Source: an uncultured Actinomycetes bacterium
GTDB taxonomy: Bacteria; Actinomycetota; Thermoleophilia; Gaiellales; Gaiellaceae
Length of the DNA: 64,000 bases
NCBI GenBank assembly: GCA_963846915.1
Contig: CAWJXV010000008.1
Span: 135,310 to 199,309 of the forward strand
Reading direction: 5' to 3'
Shown: one piece after another, positions 48,872 to 57,841 of the stretch
Position numbering within the stretch: position 1 is the stretch's first letter
How the letters are laid out: each line of letters opens with the position of its first letter
Notes under the pieces: generated by a model
What the model was told of the DNA's origin: nothing
Database searches by the model: none
What the model saw: only the letters and a program-made list of their open reading frames with translations
Translations under genes and position numbers: made by a program

Positions 48872-50260
48872 CTAGCGCGCGGCCCGGACGCGGGGGCGTC
48901 CGGCGCGCGCGGCCTTGAGGGCGAAGCGCGTCATCGCCGAGGGCATCTTCTGCGCGCGGGCGACGACCTGGTCGAGCGCGTCGGCGAACCAGTCCACGTC
49001 CTCCTCGGACAGGATGAGCGGGGGCATGGCCCGGACGACGTTCATGTTGTGGCCCGCGACCTGGATCAGCACGCGATGGTCGGAAAAGAGCGGCACGACG
49101 ACGAGCTGCGAGAAGATCCCCGGCTGCAGGCGCTCGAGCATCCGCCACGTCGTCGAGCTCCCGGGCTCGCCGAACTCGATCGCCCAGAAGAGGCCGAGCC
49201 CGCGGACGTCGCGGACGACGCCGTAGCGCTCGATCAGCGGGCGCGTGCGCTCGAGCAGCAGCGCGCCGATGCGCTCCGCCCGCGCGACCAGCCCCTCCGA
49301 CTCGAGCTCGTGGAGCGTGGCGAGGCCGGCGACGACGCCGAGGTCGTTCGGCGCGAACGTCGACCCGTGGCTGAGCGCGTGCTCCATCGAGTCGAAGACG
49401 GCGTCGAACACCTCCGGCGTGAACAGCGTCGCGCCGATCGGGACGTAGCCGCCGGAGAGCGCCTTCGACACCGTCATCACGTCGGGCTCGAGCCCCCAGT
49501 GCTCGCATGCGAACAGCCGACCGGTGCGGCCGAAGCCGGTCGCCACCTCGTCGACGCAGAAGAGCGTGCCGTAGCGTCGGCACAGCGCCTGCGCGCCCTC
49601 GAGGTAGCCGGGCTCGGGGAGCCGGACGCCGTGACCGACGATCGGCTCGGTGACGAACATCGCCACGTCCTCGGTGCGCAGCGCCGCCTCGAGCGCGTCG
49701 AGGTCGTTGAAGGGAACCTGTGAGAAGCCCGGGACGAGCGGCGCGAAGCGGGACGTGAAGGCGTCGCCGCCGTTCGCGGAGAGCGCTCCCAGCGTGAGCC
49801 CGTGAAAGCCGTGCTCGACGGAGACGACGCGCGAGCGCCCGGTGGCGGCGCGGCCGATCTTGAGCGCCGCCTCGATCGACTCGGCGCCCGAGCTCGTGAA
49901 CAGGACGCGTCCGAGCCCGCTCGGCGCGCGTTCGATCAGCGCCTCGGCGAGCGCGCCCGCGGGCTGCGTGATCCCGAGCGCGACCCGGCCGGGGAGCTCG
50001 AGGTCGAGCGTCTCGTGCAACGCCGCCCGGACACGCGGGTTGGAGCGGCCGACGTTGTACATCCCGAAGCCGCCGAGCATGTCCAGAAAGCGGTTGCCGT
50101 CCGTGTCGTAGAGGTAGGCGCCCTCGCCGCGGGCCCAGTGCCGGTCGAAGCCGATCGTGCGCAGCATGCGCAGGAATTGCGGGTTGATCGTGCGCCCGTG
50201 CAGCTCCAGCTCGCTGCCCTCGCCCTCCTCGATGAGCGTGCGGATGCTGAACTCGCTCAC
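48872..50260 (-). CDS. Class-III pyridoxal-phosphate-dependent aminotransferase
   Basis: ORF 48872..50260. FTSSGAESIEAALK, FHGLTLGALS, CVDEVATGFGRTG, TVSKALSGGYVPIG (PLP Lys). Confidence 0.92.
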   Translation of the reverse strand: MSEFSIRTLIEEGEGSELELHGRTINPQFLRMLRTIGFDRHWARGEGAYLYDTDGNRFLDMLGGFGMYNVGRSNPRVRAALHETLDLELPGRVALGITQPAGALAEALIERAPSGLGRVLFTSSGAESIEAALKIGRAATGRSRVVSVEHGFHGLTLGALSANGGDAFTSRFAPLVPGFSQVPFNDLDALEAALRTEDVAMFVTEPIVGHGVRLPEPGYLEGAQALCRRYGTLFCVDEVATGFGRTGRLFACEHWGLEPDVMTVSKALSGGYVPIGATLFTPEVFDAVFDSMEHALSHGSTFAPNDLGVVAGLATLHELESEGLVARAERIGALLLERTRPLIERYGVVRDVRGLGLFWAIEFGEPGSSTTWRMLERLQPGIFSQLVVVPLFSDHRVLIQVAGHNMNVVRAMPPLILSEEDVDWFADALDQVVARAQKMPSAMTRFALKAARAGRPRVRAAR

Positions 50261-50293
50261 GCACTGAGCCTAGCGCGCGTCATACTGGTCCGC

Positions 50294-50536
50294 ATGAGCA
50301 CGCCCGAAGGCTGGAGCGAGGTCGACGGGGCGCTGCAGCGCGAATTCCGATTCCCGGACTTCGCCGAGGCGCTCGCGTTCGTGAACCGCGTCGGCGAGCT
50401 GGCGGAGGCCGAGAACCACCATCCAGACATCGAGCTCGGCTGGGGCCGGGTGCTCCTGCGCTGGCGGACCCACTCCGCGGACGCGATCACCGACCGCGAC
50501 CGCGACATGGCAGCTCGCTCGGCCGCCCTCGCCTAG
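50294..50536 (+). CDS. phhB: 4a-hydroxytetrahydrobiopterin dehydratase (pterin-4-alpha-carbinolamine dehydratase)
   Basis: ATG 50294 within ORF 49802..50536. FRFPDFAEALAFVNRVGELAEAENHHPDIELGWGRVLLRWRTHS is the PCD signature. Confidence 0.88.
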   Translation: MSTPEGWSEVDGALQREFRFPDFAEALAFVNRVGELAEAENHHPDIELGWGRVLLRWRTHSADAITDRDRDMAARSAALA

Positions 50537-50576
50537 CCCGTCGCGGGCGCTGCGGCCGTCCGCGCACACCCCTCAC

Positions 50577-50593
50577 CCGGTGTCAGACACCGG
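50577..50593. terminator. Palindrome between convergent genes (candidate bidirectional terminator hairpin)
   Basis: CCGGTGTC-A-GACACCGG is foldable as a 6-7 bp stem with a 3-5 nt loop. No U-tract, so support is weak. Confidence 0.3.
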
Positions 50594-50641
50594 TTGGCGC
50601 AGGCCTGGAAGAGACCTGGCCGGAGGGGACTCGAGAGCGTG

Positions 50642-51695
50642 TTACCCGGGGAGGCAGCAGCCGGGCTGGCAGACGTCGTGGCTCGGGCCGAAGCGGCCGA
50701 GTGCGCGTCGCGGAACCTGCGGGTCGAGCCGTTCCTGGATGAGCTCGCGGATCATCGCCACGAAGGCCGGGTGCGTGCCGGCCGTCGGCGCGCGGACGAG
50801 ACCGACGCCAACCTCCTCTGCCGCCTCGCGCGCCTCGACGTCGAGGTCGAACAGCACCTCCACGTGGTCGGAGATGAAGCCGATCGGCGAGAGGACGACG
50901 TCGCGAACGCCTCGCTCGGCGAGCCCCCGGATGTGGTCGCAGACATCCGGCTCCAGCCACGGCGCCCGCGGCGAGCCGCTGCGGCTCTGGTAGACGACCG
51001 CCCGGTCGGAAACGCCCACCTCGTCCGCCACCAGCCGGGACGCCTCCTCGAGCTGGCTCTCGTACCGGGACTGCCTCGCCATCGCAAGCGGAATCGAGTG
51101 CGCAGTGAAGGCGAGGTGCACGCCCGCACGCCGGTCCTCGGGCACGGCAGCTGAGCGCATCCGCGACGTGCTCCGCGTTCGCCTGGACGAATCCCGGGTG
51201 GTTGTAGAACATGCGCGTCCGCGCGACCTCGGGCGCGTCCGGACCGACCTCGGCCTGCGCGGCGAGGATGTTCTCGCGGTACTGACGGCAGCTCGAGTAC
51301 GAGCTGAAGCCGCTCGTGAAGAAGGCGAGCGCACGCCGCACCCCGTCGTCCCGCATCTCGCGCAGCGTGTCCGCGAGGAACGGGCGCCAGTTGCGGTTGC
51401 CGAGATAGATCGACAGGTCGATCCCGTGCCCGGTGAGCTCCGGATGGAGCGCCTCGATCAGCGCCCGGTTCTGCTCGTTGATCGGGCTGACGCCGTCGAA
51501 GCGCGCGTAGTGATGAGCGACCTCCTCGAGCCGCTCCGGCGGAACGCTCCGCCCCCGCGTCACGTTCTCGAGGAACGGCATCACGTCGTCCATCCCCTCG
51601 GGTCCGCCGAACGCGACGACGAGGATCGCGTCGAAGGTCTCGGGCTCGGAGCCGCGGACGCCGTCGGCAGGCGGCTTCGGCGTCGTCGTGGCCAT
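50642..51695 (-). pseudogene. hemH: Ferrochelatase (coproporphyrin-type, C-terminal Cys cluster), frame broken once near 51150
   Basis: The N-terminal half from ATG 51695 is in the frame of ORF 50583..53867 (FDAILVVAFGGPEGMDDVMPFLENVT...MFYNHPGFVQANAEHVADAL). The C-terminal half is in the frame of ORF 50642..51334 (AVPEDRRAGVHLAFTAHSIPLAMA...SRSGSPRAPWLEPDV...SPIGFISDHVEVLFDLD...CQPGCC). Length 1054 nt is not a multiple of 3. Confidence 0.8.
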
Positions 51696-51791
51696 ACGAT
51701 TGACGCTAGCTGAACAGCAGCCCCGGAAGGCCGGAGACGCGGAAAAGAGCCGCAGCGGTGGCGAACCGATGAACCGAATGAAAGGAGCACC

Positions 51792-52235
51792 ATGGCCCCC
51801 ATCACGGCAACGATCGAGATCGCGCGGACGCCGCAGGACGTCTTCGACTACGTGGCCGACATCGAGCGGCAGGGCGAGTGGCAGGAGGCGATCGTGAGCG
51901 TCGAGGTCGAGACGGAGGGCCCCACACGCGTCGGCACCAGGGCGGTCGAAACCCGGAAGGTGCCCGGCGCCACCCGGACGTTCCCGTTCGAGGTGACCGA
52001 GCACGATCCGCCGAGCCGCACGAGCTTCAAGGTGACCGGCGGGCCTGTTCGGCCGGAAGGGACGATGACGTTCGCGCCGCTCGACGGCGGAACGCGCACG
52101 CGGGTCGACTTCGAGATCGAGTTCCACGGGCACGGCCTCGGCGTGCTGCTCCTGCCGATCGTGAACCGCGACGCGAAGAAGCTCGTCCCGCAAGACCTCG
52201 CGCTCCTGAAGCAACGGCTCGAGTCCGCGGGCTGA
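51792..52235 (+). CDS. SRPBCC family protein (polyketide cyclase/dehydrase-like)
   Basis: ORF 51792..52235. IEIARTPQDVFDYVADIERQGEWQ and the overall START/Bet v1-like pattern. Confidence 0.82.
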   Translation: MAPITATIEIARTPQDVFDYVADIERQGEWQEAIVSVEVETEGPTRVGTRAVETRKVPGATRTFPFEVTEHDPPSRTSFKVTGGPVRPEGTMTFAPLDGGTRTRVDFEIEFHGHGLGVLLLPIVNRDAKKLVPQDLALLKQRLESAG

Positions 52236-52276
52236 CGAGCTCGCCAGCTCGACGGTGCGGATCTGTGCGCAGCGCG

Positions 52277-53375
52277 TCACTGATTCGTTAGCACTCGCCG
52301 GACGTCGTGGGCGATCTGGAGGTCTTCGCGAGCCTTGATGACGAAGGCGCGCACCGGTGCGTCTGGTGCTCCGATCTCTGTGTCGAGCTGCGGCGCGGCC
52401 GTTTCGCGCAGGGTCGAGCCTGACGCCGAGAAAGCCAAGACCGGCCGCGGAGCGGGCACGGATCGCCGGGGCGTTTTCGCCGACGCCACCGGTGAAGACG
52501 AGTGCGTCGAGGCCGTCCATCGCGGCCGCCATCGCGGCGATGCCTGCGCGAAGGCGGTGGACGTAGACGCCGATTGCGAGTGTCGCGTCAGCATCACCGT
52601 TCTCCTCCGCCGCGAGGATCGCTTGCATGTCGGCAGTGCCGGCGAGCCCGAGCAGGCCGGAGCGGTATTCGAGCGCAACGGCAAGCTCTGCTGGAGGGAT
52701 GCCGACGTGTTCCTCCAGCCAGAGGATCAGCCCTGGGTCGAGCGAACCAGAGCGGGTCGCCATCACGAGCCCCTCGAGCGGCGTGAAGCCCATGGTGGTG
52801 TCGACCGATACCCCGTATTCGACCGCAGCCAGCGAGGCGCCCGCACCGAGATGGCAGATGACCATTCTCAATCCCTCGAGGCGCTGCTGCATCAGCTCCG
52901 CGGCGCGCCGGGAGGCGTATGCATGCGAGAGGCCGTGGAAGCCGAAGCGGCGCAGGTCCCAGCGATTGCGCCACTCGGGCGGCAGCGCGTAGGTCGAAGC
53001 GGCGGCTGGGAGGTGTGCATGAAAGGCGGTGTCGAAGCAGCCGACCTGCGGAAGATCGAGAAGAACCCGGCTGACCAGCTCCAGCGCGCGCAGCGACTTG
53101 GGCTGGTGCAAAGGAGCGAGATCAACCAGCGCCTGCAGTCGGCTCAGCACCGGTTCGTCGATCAGAACCGGCTCGACGAACTCGCTGCCTCCGTGAACGA
53201 TCCGGTGACCGACGGCATCGACCCCTCCGGCCCGGTCGAGCTCCGCGCGTAGCGCTTGCTCGTCGACCTGTCCGCTCGACGAGGGCAGGCTGCTCGAGAA
53301 CAGCGGTCGATCCTCCGCACTGAGCAGCGACAGCTTGAGGCTGCTCGAGCCGGCGTTCACAACCAGGACCCGCAC
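52277..53375 (-). pseudogene. ackA: Acetate kinase, frame broken once near 52385-52415
   Basis: From GTG 53375, VRVLVVNAGSSSLKLSLL...HRIVHGG...DTAFH...RRFGFHGLSH...HLGAGASL...TRSGSLDPG...VFTGGVGEN...LGVRLDPARN runs in the frame of ORF 50583..53867. The conserved C-terminus APDAPVRAFVIKAREDLQIAHDV runs in the frame of ORF 52277..52684. Length 1099 nt is not a multiple of 3. Confidence 0.8.
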
Positions 53376-53522
53376 GCAAGCCAGCGTACGCGCAGCGCTC
53401 GGCTCCAGCGGCGCACCTGACGCCCGACTTCCTTTCATTGGCGGTCCGGCGTAAGATCCTGGCCTCGGCAGTCTTCTCTGGAGCCGAGGCGACAGTCCGG
53501 ACGTGCCCGACGGGAGGCGAGG

Positions 53523-53951
53523 TTGGAACACCACTTCTCGGTTTCGACAGGCGCGCGCAAGCGTTTCCAGATCGTGGTCGTCCGGGGCGACCTGGACGCG
53601 GCGCCTGCGGCGGAGTTGGACGATGCAATCGACGGCTGCCAAGACGGCCGGCCTGTGATCATCGATCTGAGTGGGGTCGACTTCATCTCGTCGGCGGGCC
53701 TGGACGTCTTGTTGCGCGATCGACGTGCGGGGACGGCGCTCGTCTGCCCGCCGGGGAATGTCACGCGACTGTTCGAGGTCGTGCGCACAAACCGCCGCGT
53801 CCCGATCTTCGAGGATCTGGACAGCGCGATCCAGAGCATTGCGCTCGGCCGAAGCGCGAAGCCTCATGCGCCGTCGCGCAACACCTCGCGGGTAGGCACG
53901 CGGAAGCCCGTTCGTGCGCGTGAAGCGACTCAGCCTCCGGCCTACGTCTGA
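53523..53951 (+). CDS. STAS domain protein (anti-sigma-factor antagonist family)
   Basis: ORF 53523..53951 (TTG start). VVRGDLDAAPAAELDDAI...VIIDLSGVDFISSAGLDVLL is the SpoIIAA-like signature. Confidence 0.78.
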   Translation: MEHHFSVSTGARKRFQIVVVRGDLDAAPAAELDDAIDGCQDGRPVIIDLSGVDFISSAGLDVLLRDRRAGTALVCPPGNVTRLFEVVRTNRRVPIFEDLDSAIQSIALGRSAKPHAPSRNTSRVGTRKPVRAREATQPPAYV

Positions 53952-54046
53952 GGTCCCGGTTCGTCTGATGCCTGAGAGTCGCGGTCCTCCTCAGCCCGTT
54001 CGGATGGTCTTACTCGAGTCAGACGTGCAATAGACGGGAGGCTGGT

Positions 54047-55069
54047 ATGCAGCTCGGGATGATCGGTCTGGGGCGGATGGGTGCGAACATGGTCAGGCGC
54101 CTGATCAAGGACGGCCACGACTGCGTCGTCTTCGACGTGAACCAGGACACCGTCTCGCAGCTCGAGTCGGAGGGCGCGGCGGGTTCAGCCTCCCTCGCGG
54201 AGTTCGTCTCGAAGCTCGAAAAGCCGCGCTCGGCGTGGATCATGGTGCCGGCGGCGCTCGTCGGCCGAGTCGTGGACGAACTGATGGACCACCTCGAGCC
54301 CGGCGACGCGATCATCGACGGCGGCAACAGTTACTACCGCGACGACATCGACCGGGCCGCCTTGCTGGCTCCGAACGGCGTTCACCTCGTCGACGTCGGC
54401 ACCTCCGGCGGTGTCCACGGTCTCGAGCGCGGCTTTTGCCTGATGATCGGCGGCGACGACGAGCCCGTGCAGCGCCTCGAGCCGATCTTCGCGTCGCTCG
54501 CGCCCGGCGTCGATACGGCGCCGCGCACCGAGGGCAAGACGGGCGACCCGTCCCCGGCCGAGCAGGGCTATCTCCACTGTGGGCCGAACGGCGCCGGCCA
54601 CTTCGTGAAGATGGTGCACAACGGCATCGAGTACGGGATCATGGCCGCCTACGCAGAGGGGCTGAACGTGCTCAACAAGGCAAACGCCGGCAAGCTCCAG
54701 CCGACAGAGGCGAGCGCAGAGGTGACACCGCTTCGTCAGCCCGAGTACTACCAGTACGACATTCCCGTGCCCGACGTGGCGGAGGTCTGGCGACGCGGCT
54801 CGGTGGTCGCCTCGTGGCTTCTCGACCTGACCGCGCACGCGCTCTCCGAGTCGCCCGAGCTGGAGGACTTCGGGGGGTTCGTGTCGGACTCGGGCGAGGG
54901 CCGCTGGACCGTGCTCGCCGCCGTCGAGGAAGCCGTACCCGTCCCGGTGCTGTCGAGCGCGCTCTACGAGCGATTCTCGTCCCGCGGCGAGGCGCAGTTC
55001 GCCGACAAGCTGCTCTCGGCGATGCGCAAGGAGTTCGGCGGCCACACCGAGATGTCCATCGACAGTTGA
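54047..55069 (+). CDS. gnd: 6-phosphogluconate dehydrogenase, decarboxylating (short YqeC-like form)
   Basis: ORF 54047..55069. MQLGMIGLGRMGANMVRRL, IIDGGNSYY, DVGTSGGVHGLERG, GAGHFVKMVHNGIEYG. Confidence 0.93.
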   Translation: MQLGMIGLGRMGANMVRRLIKDGHDCVVFDVNQDTVSQLESEGAAGSASLAEFVSKLEKPRSAWIMVPAALVGRVVDELMDHLEPGDAIIDGGNSYYRDDIDRAALLAPNGVHLVDVGTSGGVHGLERGFCLMIGGDDEPVQRLEPIFASLAPGVDTAPRTEGKTGDPSPAEQGYLHCGPNGAGHFVKMVHNGIEYGIMAAYAEGLNVLNKANAGKLQPTEASAEVTPLRQPEYYQYDIPVPDVAEVWRRGSVVASWLLDLTAHALSESPELEDFGGFVSDSGEGRWTVLAAVEEAVPVPVLSSALYERFSSRGEAQFADKLLSAMRKEFGGHTEMSIDS

Positions 55070-55234
55070 CCCCGCCGGGACTTCGACCCCTCGTCTCTTA
55101 CACGCTCTAAGCTCCCGGGATGGACCGTGATCACCCGGATCCTCGCCGTCCCCGGGCCTCGCGGGAGCCTGACGCTGGAGGCGAGCTGATCCCCGTCGAC
55201 GAGCTGCTGGACTGTCTTCCGGGGTAGCGCCGTC

Positions 55235-55831
55235 GTGTTCATCGTCCTTGCCCGGCACGCGTACTCGGAGTTGAACGTCGAGCATCGAGTCAACGGCGAC
55301 CCGTCGCTGCCGGTGCACATCACCGACGAGGGCCGGGAACAGGCCAGTGTGCTCGGGCTTCAGCTTTCGAACCTGCCGTTCGATCTCTGCGTGCACACAC
55401 GCTTCGGGCGCACACGGGAGACGGCGGCGCTGGCCCTGGCCGGCCGGGATGTCCCGGTTGAAGTCGACCCGCTGCTCGACGACGTGTACGTCGGCGAGCT
55501 CGAGGGCGTGTCTCTCGATGAGTTCCGTGCGTGGAAGGCAGAGCACACTCGCGCGGACCGATTCCCCGGCGGGGAAAGCCTCGACGACGCGGCGCGCCGC
55601 TACGCGGAGGCCTACCGGAGGTTGCTCGGAAGCGGCCGGCGCTGTGCGCTCGTCGTCTGCCACGAGATTCCGATCCGATACGCGCTCAACGCCGCGGCGG
55701 GCTCGACCAACCTCGACGGTCCGGCGCACGCGATTCCGAACGCAAAGCCTTTCCTCTTCGACGCGGTGTCGCTCGAACGGGCTGCAGACCGGATCGAGGA
55801 GCTGAGCCGGGCGACCGGCGCGCCGGTCTAG
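55235..55831 (+). CDS. Histidine phosphatase family protein (phosphoglycerate-mutase-like)
   Basis: ORF 55235..55831 (GTG start). LARHAYSELN (RHG-type motif), TRFGRTRETA, VVCHEIPIRY. Confidence 0.85.
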   Translation: MFIVLARHAYSELNVEHRVNGDPSLPVHITDEGREQASVLGLQLSNLPFDLCVHTRFGRTRETAALALAGRDVPVEVDPLLDDVYVGELEGVSLDEFRAWKAEHTRADRFPGGESLDDAARRYAEAYRRLLGSGRRCALVVCHEIPIRYALNAAAGSTNLDGPAHAIPNAKPFLFDAVSLERAADRIEELSRATGAPV

Positions 55832-57841
55832 CGGACCCGGATCAGCAGCCGCTGGACGATCTTGCTCCCGGCCCGCAGCTCGGCCGTCCAGTTGCCCTTG
55901 GGGAGTGAGTCGGCGGCCGGCACCCGGATGAAGCTGACGATCGTCGGGCGGTTCGACTTCTTGATCGAGCCGAGGAGCTTGCCGTTCGGCCAGTACCAGC
56001 GCACCGTCACGGCCTTGCCGCGCACGGGCTGGGTCTGGAGGACGAAGTTCGCATACGCCTGGCGCCCGCTCGCCGGGACGGACCTCAGCGGCTTCGTCGC
56101 CTGCGCCGCGCTCAGGTAGGCGGTTCGCACCACGCCTTCGGGCGGCGCGGGCAGCGTCACGGTCTGGATCTGCAGCGGCATCTTCAGCCTGCCGCTCGTG
56201 CCCGTCAGCGAGATCATGAAACCGCCCGGGAAGAGCTTGGCGCCGTGGGCGAGCAGACCGGGGAGCAGCTTGGGCAGGAGCACGAATTTCCCCGCGTCGA
56301 GCGTCTGCGTCTCCGTGAGGAGCGCCCCGCCGTGCGGGCGGCGGAGCTGGACCTTCGCGAGCGCCGGCTTTCCGACTGCCCCAGAGACCCTGAGCAGGCC
56401 GCGGCCGATGCTCGCCCTCCACGCGACCCGGAACCGGGGCGCGGGCGCGAGGCCGGCCGCGAACGTGCTCGACGCGACCTTGGGAGCGAAGTGCGCCGAC
56501 ACCGTCCGCGCGCCGGCAAGCCCGACCTGGCACGAGACGCCCTTGACGGTGCACGGGCCGCTCCAGCCGACGAACTTGTACCCCGGCCCCGCCTTGGCCA
56601 GCAGGACCAGGACGGCCCCGGGGGTCACCGTCGTGTAGCACTGGAAGCCGGCCAGCCCGCACTTGACCGGGGCGGGAGCCGCCGACGCCCGGCCGGCGAC
56701 CGAGAGGTTGCGCGAGGCCACGCTGACCACGGAGCCGTCACCGGACACGTTCACCGACAGAGCCGAGCTCGGGGGCGGATACTTCGGCGGCAGCTGCGGT
56801 GTCTGGGCGTCGCCGATCGTCGGAGCGGGCTCGAAGTCGGCCGTCACGTCCTTGCTCCCGTTCATCGTCAGGCTGCACGTCGACGTCGTTCCCGAGCAGT
56901 CGCCCTTCCAGCCCGCGAAGAAGAACGCCTTCGACTCCGGCGTCGCCGTCAGCACGACTGCCTGACCGTTCTTGAACGACGGCCGTGCACGTGCCGCCGC
57001 AGGAGATCCCGGCCGGGCTGCTCGAGACGGATCCCTTGCCCGCGCCCGTCGTGTGGACGGTCAGCCGGCTCGATCCCGGCGGGGGCGGAGGCGGAGGCGG
57101 CGGCGGAGGCGGCGGCGGGGGCGGAGGAGGCGGGGGCGGGGGCGGAGGCGGCGGCGATCCTGCGGTCGAGAACGACGCGTCCACGATCAGGTCGAAGTTC
57201 ATCTGCACCGTGCACTGCGACGACGTCCCGGAGTTCAGCAGGCGCCGCCCCAGCCGGTGAACGACGCGCCGGTGCTCGGAGTCTCGGTGAGCGTGACCGA
57301 GCTGCCCTGCGGATAGCTCGCCTGGCACGTCCCCGGGCAGCTGATCCGCGGACCGCCACGGTGCCGTCGCCGCTGACGTTGACCGTCAGCGTTCGCGTCG
57401 CTTGCAGAACGTCGCGGTGACGGAGTCGCTGTCAGGCCCATCGAGCTTGCCGAAGTCGACAGGGTGCAGTCCGAGCCCGAGCAGTCCCCGCCCCAGCCCG
57501 CGAAGGTCGTAGCCCGAGTCGGGAGACGCGTGATGAGCGTGCACGCCGAACTGGTAGAGGTCGGAGCACTGGGACGGACAGTGATCTGTGCGTCGTCGGT
57601 CACGTTTCCAGTATGCCGTCAGAAGACGCTGCTGCACGCCGTTACCGTGACGGCGACCCTGGCAGCACAGCTGCTCCGCTGGGAAGCAGGCTGCGTGCGT
57701 AAGGGCGGACGCGGGCGACAGGAAGAACGCGCACGCCACGAGTCCGGCGAGGAGCACGAGCCCGAGCAGGCGCACCCGCGAGGCCTTCCCCCCGATCCCC
57801 CGCCGCAGCTTTTCGAGCCTGGTGAACTCGAATCGCGTCAT
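55828..57841 (-). pseudogene. Secreted multi-domain protein with divergent InlB-B-repeat-like modules and a poly-Pro linker; reading frame broken about six times
   Basis: Signal peptide from ATG 57841 (MTRFEFTRLEKLRRGIGGKASRVRLLGLVLLAGLVACAFFLSPASA). Repeat-module pieces follow in alternating frames: ASPDSGYD / FAGWGGDCSGSDCTL / VDFGKLDGPDSDSVTATF / TLTVNVSGDGTVAV / ISCPGTCQASYPQGSSVTLTETPSTGASFTGWGGAC / SGTSSQCTVQMNFDLIVDASF-(P)26-SRLTVHTTGAGKGSVSSSPAGISCGGTCTA / SFKNGQAVVLTATPESKAFFFAGWKGDCSGTTSTCSLTMNGSKDVTADF. The 3' 1.1 kb (ORF 55828..56955) is intact. Confidence 0.7.
57077..57154 (-). repeat. Low-complexity GGN tract (plus strand) encoding about 26 consecutive prolines on the minus strand
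   Basis: 78 nt of GGC/GGA/GGG triplets, bounded on both sides by GGATCG (Gly-Ser) on the coding strand. Confidence 0.9.

Noticed and set aside
53462-53490. 8-bp inverted repeat GCCTCGGC ... GCCGAGGC in the leader of the STAS gene. Also a 7-bp hairpin CGGATTC-GGCG-GAATCCG at 62013-62030 between the carbonic anhydrase gene and otsA.
   Set aside because: These are single occurrences with no flanking signals and no recognisable riboswitch or attenuator consensus. They could be terminators or chance GC-rich stems.
56985-57260. Plus-strand ORF encoding a long poly-Gly run.
   Set aside because: It is the antisense reading of the poly-Pro linker. The minus-strand context (B-repeat modules on both sides) explains the tract.
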